DNA of 63,788 nt, filler included, from Hausera hauseri (lineage: Eukaryota), in the NCBI GenBank assembly GCA_046269625.1. It is 11 parts of 11 records of this genome, joined end to end, with 100 filler letters (N's around TTAATTAATTAA, not from the genome) between each part and the next. Parts side by side here need not be neighbours in the genome. Positions count along the whole stretch, not along the records: positions 18,896 to 23,970 come from JBJURY010343712.1; positions 24,071 to 31,667 come from JBJURY010005235.1; positions 31,768 to 37,984 come from JBJURY010124429.1; 8 more parts are not named here. One strand, given 5' to 3'. Position 1 is the stretch's first letter. Each line of letters begins with the position of its first letter. Positions 20,711-34,300 of this stretch are shown one piece after another. The notes under the pieces were generated by a model. It saw only the letters and a program-made list of their open reading frames with translations, had not been told where the DNA came from and did not search any database. The position numbers and the translations under genes are program-made.

Positions 20711-23700
20711 TTATAGGAATGTCTTGTCTTCAGCATCAGGCACCACCTCCGATGGCTTTTCTCGAACGGCAGTTGTCCGTGTATGTGTATTACTTTCTAC
20801 GGCGATCTCACCCGAAACGTCGGTTTCGAGTGCAGGTACCTCTGAGAGCTGTGTACTTCTAGCTGGCGCTCGAGCCAGTCGATGTAAAGATACAGTCTCT
20901 TCTCGGCCGTCGGACAGGCGCCCGTGTGCGTAAAGTGGATTACATTCAAGCAGTTCCGCTTCTTCGACGAGGGAGTCATACTTTGAAGTTCTATCCTGTT
21001 TCTGCAGCAGAACTGGGCCTGGTTGTGTAAGCCACGTAGGAATGGATACTCCAGACGTTGACTTGCGATTGTAACTAAACAATCGCTCATGTGGTGTAGC
21101 GTTTGTAGATGTACAGAGAAGTGATCTTATGGAGTGGAGGGCGTCAGGTAGGACGGCCTCCCATTGGGCGATTGGCATGCCCCTAGACTTTGTAGCTAAC
21201 GTAATAGTCTGCCACAGAGTCCCATTCAGTCTTTCAACTTGGCCGTTGGCCCGAGGGTTATAAGCGGTAGTGCGGCTTGTACAGATTCCCTTTGAATGTA
21301 AGAATGTCTTGAGCTCATCAGACATGAATGAAGTGCCTCTGTCAGAGTGCACGTAAGAAGGCATCCCAAAGATAGAGAAAAGCTGCCATAGACATTTAAT
21401 GACAGTGGCCGACGAAATGTCGGAACAAGCAAAGGCGAAAGGGAATCTAGAATATTCGTCAATAATTGTTATAAGGTATTTGTTGCGGGTGCATGATGGC
21501 AGAGGACCTTTGAAGTCAACACTTAGTCTTTCAAATGGCTGAGTAGCTTTAATGAGAGGCCTAAGAGAGTTCTTTACGAAACGCGGTTTGACTTCAGCGC
21601 AAACTTCACACTGGTTGATGACAGTCTTAATGTCTTCAGCTGCAAAGGGTAAGTTTTTGGAGCGAACGAAATGTAACATTCGAGTTACACCAGGGTGACA
21701 AAGTGTGTCATGCAGCTGCCGAAGATCAGTTCTAGACATTGCTGATATATAGTTATTTGTATATAAGGCATCTGCAGCCTTGTTTTGTTCTCCAGGTCTG
21801 TACTGGACATCAAAATGAAAGCAAGAAAGTTCAAGTTTCCATCTCTGAATTTTATCATTCTTAATTTTCCCTTTGTGCTTTTGATCGAACATAAAGGCTA
21901 CCGACCTCTGGTCAGTGATTAAGGTAAAGTGCCTGCCGATTAAGTAGTGCCTCCATTTTCTCAGAGCTTCCACTATCGAAAAAGCTTCTTTCTCTATAGC
22001 TGGTAAGTGCCTCTCGCTTGAAGATAAGGTGCGAGAAAAGAAAGCTACTGGCCGACCATCTTGATTGAGGGTAGCAGCAATGGCTACATCAGATGCATCC
22101 GTCTCAACTACCAATGGGCGGTTGTAATCTATAGTGGACATGGCGGCTGTGGCAAGTTCATCTCTGAGATCATCAAATACTGTTTTTATATGGTCGGGTA
22201 GAGGAAATATCTGATTATGAACCAGATGATGTATTCTTTCAGAGAAGCGAGGGATCCACTGGGCGTAGTAAGCCAGCAAACCTACAACTCTCCTTTGAGC
22301 TTGTAGATTATGTGGTGGAGAGAGATCTTTTAAAACTTGAAATCTTTCAGGATCGGGCTTGAGTGATCCATGGGTTACTTCGTAGCCGAGTAGACGAACA
22401 CTGGAGGCAGAGAATGTACTTTTAGCTTCGTTGAATGTGATCCCCCGTTTCTTAGCAGCGTTCAAGAATCTTTGAAGATTTTGATTGTGGTGCTGTTCAT
22501 CATGCCCACAAATCGTGACATTATCCACGTAAGCATACGTGTCCTCGAGCCCTTCTTCCTTGATAAATGCGTCAATTGTCCTTTGAAAGCTGGCAACACC
22601 ATTTGTGACACCAAAAGGTATCCTGCGAAATTGATACAGCTTGCCGCCAGTTTCAAATGCAGTGAATGGACGTTCCTCCTCCCTAATCGGTATCTGGTGG
22701 AAAGCACTTTGTAAGTCAAGTGTGCTGAAGACGGAGTATTTTGAGATCTCTTCTACCATCTCATCAATCCGAGGCAGCGGGTACGCGTCGAGAAACGTGT
22801 AGCGATTGATAGTTTGACTATAGTCAATCACCATCCTTATCTTATGTCTCTCGTTAGTCGTGACTAAAACTTGAGCTCGCCATGGGGATTCTGAGGGCTC
22901 GATAATCTCATTTTTCAATAGTTCATGTATTTCCTTTTCAATGAACTGTTTGTCCTGGACAGAGTAGCGACGTGACTTAGTAGCTATAGGAACACAGTCA
23001 GGAGACAGGTGTTTAAACAGATATGGAGGGTCAACTTTAGCAGCTTCCAACGCACAGATTCGGAACTCCGGTCGAGTTCCACTGAAAGGAAAAATAACCT
23101 TTTCATGCAGGCTCAGAAAGTCAATGCCTAGGATAACATCAGCACACAAATGATCCAACAGAGACAGCTTAGTGTTCTGATAAATTTCATTACCATATTG
23201 CACAGTGGCAAAGAAATGACCTTTAGTGACGCAGTTGAGACGAGAAGAAGCCATGGAGATACTAACTTTGGAAGACGTAACCGACCATCCGTGTTTAAGC
23301 GCAATGTCGGTCGAGATGTAACTTTCACAGCTGCCAGTATCGATCAAAGCGTTGAGTGATACTCCATTGACCAGAATCTTTACTATGGAATTTGAAAGGC
23401 CAGTCTGAGATATGGTTGCCGTCACAGAGGAAGTTAAAGCACTCAGAGTGGACGCCGGCCCTTTTTGTTTTGACCTGCATACTCTTTGGTAATGTCCTTT
23501 TTTACCACAAGAATGACACGTGGCGTTCCTAGCAGGACATTTTGAGCGGAGGTGCCTGTTGTTGCTTCCACAGAAGAAACACGTGAACGTCTTAGACATG
23601 GCGGCGCCTATGTCAGATTCCTTCACGCTTTCGGTACTAGGCGCCGGGGGGAGCGCGGCGACTGAAGCCTTAGCGGGGGTATTGGAGGACTCCTTGTACC

Positions 23701-23970
23701 ACATAGTATGATGTAGAGCGTATTCCATGGTACGAGCTTCTTCAAAAGCTTGTTGTAGAGTTAGAGAAGTTTTCTCCAATAGTCTTTGTCGGATGGCGTT
23801 GGACGTCAAACCCGCAATGAAGGCGTCGCGTATTGCTTCTTCTTTCCGAACTTCAGCCGATACTTGCTTGAAGTTACAGTCTCTCGCTAAGCCCCGTAAT
23901 TTCTGCAAATACTGATCAAGAGACTGTCCCTTTTCTTGCTTTAGAGTTGCCAGTTGGTGCCTGGCAAAAA
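20711..23970 (-). mobile_element. Gypsy family C near-intact single-ORF gag-pol (gag CCHC, PR, RT, RH, IN); 5' end lost at the contig break
   Basis: Uninterrupted ORF of 1065+ aa: LIDTGS; SPWRAQV, DAYPLP, IPFGV and YVDN; ETDASD and DHRS-like TDQRS; H..LCHPG...CEVC; VDFKGP, SDRG and NGQVER. Confidence 0.97.
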
Positions 23971-24070
23971 NNNNNNNNNNNNNNNNNNNNNNNNNNNNNN
24001 NNNNNNNNNNNNNNTTAATTAATTAANNNNNNNNNNNNNNNNNNNNNNNNNNNNNNNNNNNNNNNNNNNN

Positions 24071-24800
24071 TACTGTAAAAGGAGAAAGCAGGTTGTTATG
24101 AGGGGATGAAAGAGGTGTGGAAAGGCTTGAAGGTGCAAAATCGAGTGGGGCAAATGGCTGAATTGTCAGAAGAAATTGAAGTAGAAGTCTTGGGAGAAAA
24201 CGTAGGGGAAAGTGGGTTAATGTACTGAGCAAAGATGGAAGGTAAATTGTTGGATTGCTGCGCGTCGTGTAAAGGTGTTGGTGGAGAAGTGGTTTCGATA
24301 GGAGACGTGTCGTCAATGAAGAAAGCCAGCCTAGCGTTGTTGATGTGGACTGTTACTTCTTTGTCGTCCTTGAGAATGATGATGTTTTGAGAGTGTAAAC
24401 GAATTACTTTGTAAGGGCCAACATATTGAGGTTGAAAACCACATGGCGTCTGATTTTTTAGCCAAACTTGGCAGTATACAAATCGTCGGGTATGTAAGGT
24501 TTATTTCCGTGTAAGTCTACAAAATGTCTTTGCTGATGTCAACGAAGTGTCTCTGTGCCGCTTGTATGGTTTTGTCTGTAGGAATATTGTCCAGTTCAGT
24601 CAGCTCGAATAATGATCTGATAGAAGTGCCAAATGATGCTCCTGCAGGTGAACAGCCTTTAGAAGTAGATGGTGTGTTCCGCCAGCCAAGCAAAACGTAC
24701 GAAAGCAGTGTAATCCAACTACGATTAGACTCAGCAAGGATTTTGAGAGACGTTTTCATCGTTCGGTGAAAGCATTCAAGGCCATTCGACTGGGAATGAT
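24071..24800 (-). mobile_element. Gypsy family A integrase C-terminal fragment (diverged copy)
   Basis: HSQSNGLECFHRTMKTSLKILAE..W...L.YVLLGWRNTPS and YVGPYKV. Confidence 0.85.
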
Positions 24801-26432
24801 AAAATTTCCTTTTCTATAAATAATGATGACAATTCCTAGAAATTCCCGTGACTCCCGTCTACGGAAATAAAAAATCTTACTTAAAGAATCACTTGCTTAA
24901 CTAAAGTTTGGTTTCTTGAATATCCGTCTACCAATATCAAAAATAAAGTGTTAAAACAGCTCTTACTTTTTCAATTTATTCGTGATATTTTGATACAAGT
25001 TATCATAGTCTATTAAATAATTCATGACAGGAAAAAAATTCTCTGAAAATAAAAAATAAATAAATAAATGTTGTGTGCGATGAAGCCATATACTATATAG
25101 TTTTCACTATAATGTGAGTTTAGTCTGCCTCACTTTCGGTTAACCTTTGCATAACTTTGATAGGATTCTTACATGATATATTTTGTTTTTGTTCATCATC
25201 CTGAAATTAAATATTTCTTTATATAAGTTATTTGGACAATAACTGAGAAATTGTAGTGCATCGTATAATCAATTCACTTTTAGATGGAATAGAACCTAAA
25301 TCATTAGGTTATAAAATAAAATGATTTGACAATCTTCCAACATTTATGACACAAACGTTATGTTGGATATGTTTTATATTGTAAATAAAAATTTTGAACC
25401 ATAGACATGCATTTAGCCTTGAATTTGTTTTTATGAAATGACACTTACCAATCGAGTCAAAGTGATAATCAGGTATATATTCATTCCGCTAAACGACGAC
25501 ATTATTATGTTTCAAGTTAATGGTGCTAGATTTGTTGTGAACGTGATTCAAACCGGAATAAACTATTAAGCAATAGACTATTCCATAAAATGACATCTGA
25601 CCTGCTTTGTTCATAGATTAAATACCGATAAAATATGAGACAGTCTATTGTAAGGATGAATGTTATAAAACACGTAAGAATATTGGTCATGGTATTGCAT
25701 TGTACGTTGATCTTTTAACAATTTCAATGCCTTCGCTTCAAATAGAATTCGGTAACACAGTACATGCAATATCAGACAAAATAAAATGCTTTACATCATT
25801 GTCCGATGTTGTGAAGAATCGTACTACATTATAAAAGTGGTAACCACAGACACATTCTTCATCACATTATTTTTTGTAACATTAACACTGTATAACCAAA
25901 ATGCTATTTCTTCACACTTTCTGTTTAAAGTACTATTTAAAATACTTCACTTACAAGCTTTATCAATAAAGAACAAAATGTTAATTCAAAAACTCATCAT
26001 CGTATGATAGGATCACCAACAATAGTCATGACGATGATCAATGGATATTGAATATAACAGAAAATATGAGAAGACAAACAAATAGAAATTATTTTATAAT
26101 TTAAAAATTAATAATTCATTAACGCAGATTTCACTTTAAATTATCTCATATATATTTGATATTTCTGCAGATGCTCACTTTTTCCCACGTAGCATAAGAA
26201 ATTTTCTTCCATGAAAAAAATTTGACACTTTTTGACCATTTCTCATCAAATATTCGATTTCTAACGTGTCATTTATGTTCTTCGATACCAAAAATTAACA
26301 CCGAAACAAAGAAAAATTATCATCCGATTAATAGATAATTATTACCTAATTCTACAGTTTCAATTAAATCAACTACTAGTCAAAAATGTACCAATGTTGC
26401 AAATCCGTAAAAACAATATGCAAACTTATATT

Positions 26433-27260
26433 TTAACTATTAAATTTCCGGTCAATAACATGCTGAACCTCCTCCTTAGTGTACAAATGGAAACGTTTCT
26501 CAGGAGTGATACTACACATTTCAACGTTCGTCGAATCCAGTTTTTCCTCCATCACGTGCTTTAGAATCGACAATGCTTCCATTGCAGCTTCCTCAATTGT
26601 CATATTCTGGTTATAGATTTCCTGCAATGATTGTTGGGCGCCTTCACATCCGGAACCGATGGCTTTTGCATTATAGTGGATATATGTACCGCTCGGGTCC
26701 ATGTGGATCAACTGGGGACCATCACTATCAACGCCGGCAAACAACAAGGCTACACCGAATGGTCGACTCTAAATTTCATTTAATTAACCAAATTACAAAC
26801 TTAAAATGAAGTACCATCGCAACAGGTTCGGAATCATTAGCTGCAAAGGACAGTGCCATTTTACTAACACATTTTGTTATATTTTCAATTGGCATTTGTT
26901 CGTTTGTTGTAAACCAATGATTAGCAGATTCCACGCGAGCTTTCTCAACAAGAATACGAGCATCAGCAACAAGTCCACTAACTGCAATTTCTATGGACAA
27001 TTCAGCATAAATAAGTAATTCATTAAATAATATTTACCAGTGGAATTATCAATACAAAACACTTTTTCCACACTTGATGGAACAATCAACGGTGACGTTA
27101 TTCGTTTTTCAACTGCCAAGACAACACCGTGTTTAGTCTTTATCCCAATTGCAGTAGATCCCAATTTTGTTGCCTCGATAGCATATTCTACTTGGAATAG
27201 ACGACCTTCAGGACTGAAAGTGTTGACTCCATGATCGTATTCAGAATTCGTCATAAACAT
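26433..27260 (-). CDS. PSMA5: 20S proteasome subunit alpha type-5; exons 27260-27038, 26990-26815 and 26768-26433 (244 aa)
   Basis: [30 protein letters not shown] alpha signature, [31 protein letters not shown] and VMEEKL. Two GT-AG introns of 47 and 46 nt give a 735-nt open CDS. Confidence 0.96.
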
Positions 27261-28227
27261 TTTGTAGAATCAATGGTTATGATTAAGTATAATTCAAATA
27301 ATGTGAACTTTAGGAAATTTAAACAAATTGAATTTAAAAGAAATTTTAATTTGTTAAATATGGCAGATATATAGTATTCCACACAATATAACCATGAACA
27401 ACTGAGCAAATATTACATTGATCAGCAAACAAATTTTGTTATCAGATACATTTGAAACGTAGTTTCACCCAGTATTGCGTTTATCTGACTAATGAAAGCA
27501 CAGATGCAGTATTTCTATTTTCGGTGATCAGAGAAAACAACTGTTTTTGCATATATAGTTCAGTGTGTTTTGAGGCTCTATCAATGTTTTTGTTAGTGGT
27601 CCGAACTAAATTATATTCATCTGATATTTTGTAGTTTTACATCATTATTAATGTATAATAATCAACTAAACGAATTATTTTTTGCTGATGAGTGATTATC
27701 CTGTATATTATCGGTAACTTGGATAAAATTTGCTGTAGAATTAATTTGAAATACGTTAAGTTTGAACATAATCTTTGCTATACCTTTTAAGGAAGAAATT
27801 AAATTCCAATAAATTGTTAAACTTAAAAAGTGAAAATAGATTGTTTACAAAAATTATTGAAATTAACTAATAATCACAATTCGGTGGATCAACCTTGATC
27901 ATCAGTTTTCTGTACTTCACAATTTTCACTATATTTTTCCAGTATAATTGCAAAAGAAACAAATTACGAAGAGAATCAAAGATTTGGCGATTACAATAGA
28001 AGAGAAATTGGTTTTGATATAGCCATAGAAATTTTAAGGACACATCTCCAAACATACACCAAATTGGAGGTTGGAATGACGTTAAATTTTAATAAACCTC
28101 AAACGACTGAAAATAAACTTTTAGAATTGGGAAATAGGACGAATGGTGCTGGCAAACATAAGTTTTCTGAACTATTTACTAGAGTACAGAGGTTATTTAG
28201 TGATGCATTGTCTAGATCATAGAGTAA

Positions 28228-29760
28228 TGATTTAACTTGGTTAATTATACTTCTCGTAATTTTGTGCCGAGGAGCTTTTGATTGTGATTATTCCACTGTC
28301 GGAGCATTGTATTCTCTCGTATACCTAGAAAAACATCCGTATGCGGAACAGGATAAGTTTGTTTTTGAAGAAACTAAAAAGTATAGATTATACCAAGAGA
28401 ATCTGTTTATTAGAGTTAAGGCACTTCAATGTAAACTGACTAAACAAATTAAAAAATAGTACTGTGGAAAAGTACATCGACATTCAACACATTTTAATGG
28501 CTATACCTAACGAACCAAAAGAACTAACAACGGATCAGTGTCCAGAAGCTGTGAAGATGGGGAAATTAAAAATAAATAATACAGTCGAAATAGGAGCAGC
28601 CGTAAACGCTATTATATATCACACTATCAACGAAGAAGGTTACACTGAAAGTAATGGAAATTGTTCAGAAAATACAGTTGATGGTGTACAAGCGCCGTAT
28701 ACACTAACTATTATTGAAAAATATATTTCATTTGTTGTAATAAAATATTTAATTATTACAACTGACTGTAAATATGGTACAGAATACTGTAGAACCACTG
28801 ATTCTATTATCGCCTGGACTGCACCTACAGTGGAATGTAATTTGGCATTTCTAAAGAAAATCAGTTTTAATGTAGCTAAAGAAATACGACTTAGTACACC
28901 ATTTGCACGGCGAATTGCCGGAAACGAAGACGAAGAAAAATAGAATCAAATAGAAACACCAACAATTATGATTTCGTCGGAAGTTGAAGATTCAATAAGA
29001 TTCATTCAAAAAGAAAAAGTAAAAAAATGTGGAGTAGAAAACGTTTATGCCACTAATATGGAGAATATATATTACATAAACGGAAATAAGTAATGCTTTA
29101 AAAGCGGTTTATCCTACAGAAGTTAGACCAATGAATTATTACAATGGAAAAATGGATTATTTATTTCATTATATGGTAAACAACCAATAACAAATCTATA
29201 AAAATATGATCCAAAACAATTGCCTACTGGCTGAAGATTTACTAGCATTAAAAGTGGCCGTAGATGATATAAATCCAGTTATAGATACCCTGATACTTCC
29301 AACTAAAGTAAAAGGTATGTTTAGACGGGTATCAGGAGAAGCTATTATAACATTCAGATGTACAGAGGTAGTAGTAGATTTAGTGGATATGAAAGTACGT
29401 AACAACGAAAAAACAGTACAGTATAAAGGTGAAACAAGATACGTGGCCCCGATTACTAGAGTTATGCTGCAAAAATGTGAAGAATCTAGTAAAGTGAGAA
29501 ATTGTTATGAGGAAATTGCTCCCTTATACAAAATAAATAAGGACGACTGGGTAGCTTTACCCGCACGAAATAAAGCTGTAACACCAAAAAAGCTCAATAT
29601 GTTTTCCTTAAAAAGGGACTTGGTTTTTGACACTTATAAAATGTTTTACATTGAGGCATATACGATGTTCAAACTGTGGAGAAATTGAGGCATTATTTGT
29701 TATTTCCTAAACAAATTCAAAGATTAATAATTTTTTATACTCAGAAGGTTACCGATACGT
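28228..29760 (+). pseudogene. Class III fusion glycoprotein (chuvirus-G / herpes gB-like retroelement env) relic
   Basis: Signal-like WLIILLVILCRG then AFDC. Further motifs: ALQCKL, NGNC, CKYGTEYC..IIAW..EC, CGVENVYATN, NNCLL..NP..GMFRRVSGEAIITFRC, YKGETRYVAPITR and C...IAPLYKIN..W. Contains stops and frameshifts. Confidence 0.8.
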
Positions 29761-29800
29761 GGGACAGAAGAGTTAATTGGGAAATATCTTAAGTCCAAAT

Positions 29801-31667
29801 TGTGAGGAGGAATTGAAACTGATATTAACGTTTAAATGTAAATCAAAGATAATTAAATAAACAGCCAACAGAAAGTTAGACAATTCAGAAAAGAAGGAAA
29901 ATAAGACTCATTCCCCGAGTGAAGGAGATAAATCTTATATAAAACTTTTGTAATAAATCGATTATGGATAATTCTATTTTACAGTGATCAAGTGAAGTTG
30001 ATGTCGGGACGGAAGAGATGCGATCTACTAACATGGCGACCAACGCTTCAAGAGACCTCTTCGAGAAAAAATTGATGTCCAAAGAATTACAGAAAGGTGA
30101 AACGTGGAAACCTTTATTGGAAAATGCGAGAGATACTTCGACTTCATAAAGATGCCGGAAACGGACCGAGAAACCGCGATTCTGTGCCTTTTGGCGGAAA
30201 AAGCACAGAAAAAATACAGTATAGTGAGCCAGAAAGTGAGAGTGTACCAAAAATGGTTGGGAAAAGCCTTTTCAAAACCCACAACGCTGTGTGGAGATGT
30301 GCATGAGGCCTTGAACTACAGAATGAGGGGGACAGAGCCGGCCGCCTACTTCAACAAAATCGAACAACTGGTGATGGACATCCTTAGCCACAAAATAACA
30401 GCGGAAGCTCTAACAGAGGAACCGATGATCCACTGTTGCGACAATCCAGAGATGAGGAAGGAAATCTCCCACAGTAATGAAAAAAAAGTAGAACAAATCA
30501 AAGAGAAGATACGGAAAGACCACGAAGTGGCAACAAAGACGGAAGAGATAAACACAGTCACAGAATACACTAAAGAGGGTCGACGGAGTTACCGGGATGT
30601 GGTGGTGCACAAATTTGACAAACCAATACAGGAAAGAAGGGGTTTCAAGCTGCACAATACGCTGGCAAAGAGTATGATGAAATGCTGGTCGTGCCAGAAA
30701 GACGGGCATACATGCAAGACATGCAACTTCCAACATGCATCAAGATGTTTTGGCTGCGGAAAAGAAGGACACATTAACGGGAATTACCAGGAAAGGAAAC
30801 CCATAATATGCTATGGGTGGGGTCATCAAGGACACATAAGACGAAACTGCATAAACATAAAATACAATACATGTCACAATAGAGGGCACAGGGAAGAAGC
30901 ATGTTACACAAAATTGGACAAGAGCAGAAGAGGACAAAATACGTATGCCGACAATTTCAAAAGGGCGAAGTATGGTCAAAAAAGATATGGAGAGAGGTTG
31001 AACAGCAGGCACACATACGTTGCAAATATTTATGTAGATTATAAAGAATCCATCATCGATTTGACAAACCCAAAAGGCGGAGCCTCGACAGAAGTGGAGC
31101 CAGTCGGGGCATTATATCAAACAACTCCAAAGACTCCAGAAATATTCAAAGGAATGGACAAGGTATTGAAGAAATGAAGGAAGGAACACAAGAAAAGGTA
31201 CGGAGGTTCATAAAAAGGAAACGTTTGGGGACAGAAACGAAGAAGTACGATTTGCAGAAAGTGAAAATGACAGCCTTCATGAAGCGAGGGTTTTTCCTCT
31301 GGAAGGATTAACGGAAAAGAGTATCACGTACGATAAACTACAAGGACGGCCAAGTATAAAAATAAAGATGCAAGATAGATGGGCAGACTGCCTATTGGAC
31401 ACGGGGCACGGGTAAACGTGATGAGTAGGAAGATTTTTGGAAGATTGACACATGTCCGGCTGGAGAAATCAGATATCATACTCCGTTGTGCAAATGGTAG
31501 CTCCCTAGACTGCATGGATGACCTGTCCGTAAATGTGGACCTCAAGGGAGTACAGAAGCGCGTAACTTTCATAGTAGTGACAGACATATTACCAGAAATA
31601 ATAGGAGGAATGGAACTACAAAAGACTTTTGGAATCGAATTAGGTTGGAGACAGAAAGACGAAGAGA
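29801..31667 (+). mobile_element. Gypsy family B, copy 2: 5' LTR (29801-30033), PBS TGGCGACCAACGC, gag with four CCHC-type knuckles, protease
   Basis: ORF 30104-31177 carries CWSCQKDGHTCKTC, CFGCGKEGH, CYGWGHQGHIRRNC and YNTCHNRGHREEAC. DCLLDTGARVNVMS spans a frameshift at ~31385-31420. Confidence 0.9.
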
Positions 31668-31767
31668 NNNNNNNNNNNNNNNNNNNNNNNNNNNNNNNNN
31701 NNNNNNNNNNNTTAATTAATTAANNNNNNNNNNNNNNNNNNNNNNNNNNNNNNNNNNNNNNNNNNNN

Positions 31768-34300
31768 AAAGTTAATCTGTAAATTATGGTGGTGAAGGCG
31801 TTGGAATATTGAGCGAAGATGTTCTTCATGCTGTTTTGCGGAAGGTGAAACGAGTAGAATGTCGTCGATATAGGGGTGTGCGAACAAGAAATCGGAAAGA
31901 ATTGAATCGATGTGCCGATGAAAAGTTTGTGCGGCATTCCGCAAACCGAATGGCATAAATAGATATATGTAGAGGCCAAACGGAGTAGTTACTGCGGTTT
32001 TTTCAATGTCTTCAGGTGCTACAGGTGTTTGATGGTAGGCTTTAGCTAGATCAATGGTGGAATAGATGATGGTTGAATTAAGGCGATGAGAGATATTCTT
32101 GATAAGTGGTAAAGGATATGCGTCCATGATAGTCAAGTTATTAAGCTGTCGGTAGTCACCGCATGGTCTAAAGGTACTGTCCTTCTTTTATACGACGTGT
32201 AAAGGTAGTGACCAAGGAGACTTGAAACGGCGTACGATGCCGGAGCGTTCTAGCTCAAGAAATTAGGCTTTTACGGCCTGTCTACGGCGAGGTGACCGAG
32301 GCCGTACTTTTTGGCATTTTGGACGTTGGTGTTGTGTGACTATGTGGTGTAAGGTGCTGTCTGCGGGAGTAAAAGTACGGTCTTTTTTAAGTACGCGTGG
32401 GCAAGATGTGTTAATGAACTGTTGTAAAGTTGTAGGTAGCTGTGAGAGATTCGGTGAAAGTGATGAAACAGCTTGAGCAGTAGCAGATGCAATTTGTGAG
32501 TTGTTAGATGCTGTGCAGTCATGTGGTATTTGGTGCAAGATTGTTGAATTGGAAATGGTGTTGGCTGAAGTATTTTCGTCGAAGGAGTGAACGTTGGTGG
32601 CAGTACCACAATTGTTGACATTGAACTTCGATCAAATGTCAGTATTATTATTTAAAAATTTACGAATAGAATTATCGTTATAAAAAATCAAATTATTCAC
32701 AGACTTTTTTAATACTGACTTCCGCATTCCGGTCAACTGCGCGGTAGTTGAAATGCTATTTATATGCTCAGAAATGCGGCCAGTAGTGCCGTTCCTGAGA
32801 CATCGTTGGCTGCAGTCAACCAGTAGATTATAATGTTTAAGAAAGTCAGATCCTAGAATTGCCGACTAAACGTTAGCGACAGTGAACGTCCAGCGGAAAG
32901 GTGTTGGAAAATTTGGAAGAGTGAAAGATAATTTAGCCATGCCTGAGATTTGCAGCGGTTGGCCCGAAGCAGTGTATAAGGGCCTAAGTTTGAATGGAGA
33001 GTTTTGAACATAAAAGGTTTGCGGTAATAGAGAAATCGATGCACCTGTGTCAATAAGAAAGTCAACAGATTGAGTAGTAGGAGTAGTAATTGCAGACTTT
33101 AAAGTGAAAACAGCGAAGGAGACGTGTCGGCGTTCAGAATGTGAAGGAGTGCCTTTGCCAGAGTTTGACGTGACCTCTGGCGGCGAAGTTAAATTTTTTG
33201 AAAAGGTGAATTAGGGCGACTATTAGAAGAAAAGGCAGTACGTCCGTCATTCGTGTTGAATTTGAAAGTGCAGCCTGGAAGACATTTACGAGCTTGATTT
33301 TTGAACTTTGCATGGTAGATGCAGATAACGGTGTCCGAGGAAAACTTCTGATTATAAAACTTGCATCCTAGGCAGCACTTCTGGGCATTAGCGTTAAATC
33401 TGCTGTGATAATAGCAGTTTCGTGACGCAGAACGGGTACGGTCAGCGACAAAACCCCTCGTCGGGACAAGGATAATTTATTTAATTTATTATTGATGTTA
33501 TTTATAGTTGCCCGCAGTGCAATATTTTCAGCACGTAGCTGAATAAGCTGTTGTTCTATTGGCGTATTAGTTGTCTGAATGTCGATAGCGGCAACTGCTG
33601 CTGAAACTATTGGTTGAGAATTTGTGTGTAGGACATCGTATGTCCTATCGGCCAATTTGGCCAATTTATGAAGTGGCGTGGAGTTTCCCACCACGGTAAG
33701 AAGGGCCCGTATTTGAATAGGTAGGGCATTCAGAAAATAATGGCGTAGAAGATCTGGATTATGCTCCGTAGTTACTCAGAGTACGCAAATGTGCTAACCA
33801 GGTGCGTAGGAAGTCACTGGGTTTTTGTGTTCCCAGTGCATTTTCATTAAAGAAACGTTGCATTATGGAGTCAATTGAAGGTTCGGTATGTTTTAAGACA
33901 GCGTCGAATAATTGAGTATAAGGGTCAGGGTGTTGAAAGATGTCTAGCAGGTTATGTATTGAGGCTTTTATTGAGTTGGGGAGAAGATAGAGTAAACTGT
34001 GGGCTTTAGATAAGGAGTCTGTGATACCATTAGATTGTAGCCAGAGTTGATGGAAGTGAAGCCATGTTTTACTGGACTTTTCATTATCTATGAAGTATTC
34101 AGTGCAGTGTGGAGTATTGGTAGGATTTTTGTGGGGATTTGCATCGATTGAAGGAGATGGAGGGTTTGGTTTAAAGTAGTAGAGAATGGGTATTGGCTTT
34201 TTGTGGTGGTTGTATCCGTGGTGTCAATAGTTGGTGGGGAATTCATTCCATCACGGATACGGAGATGTATGTTGAAGCAAGCATTATTTGAAAAAGAAGG
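31768..34300 (-). mobile_element. Gypsy family A gag-protease-RT (degenerate)
   Basis: RT motifs DAYPLP..IDLAKAYHQ..TPFGLY..MPFGLRNAAQTF..PYIDD, and gag motif LHKLAKLADRTYD. Confidence 0.92.
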
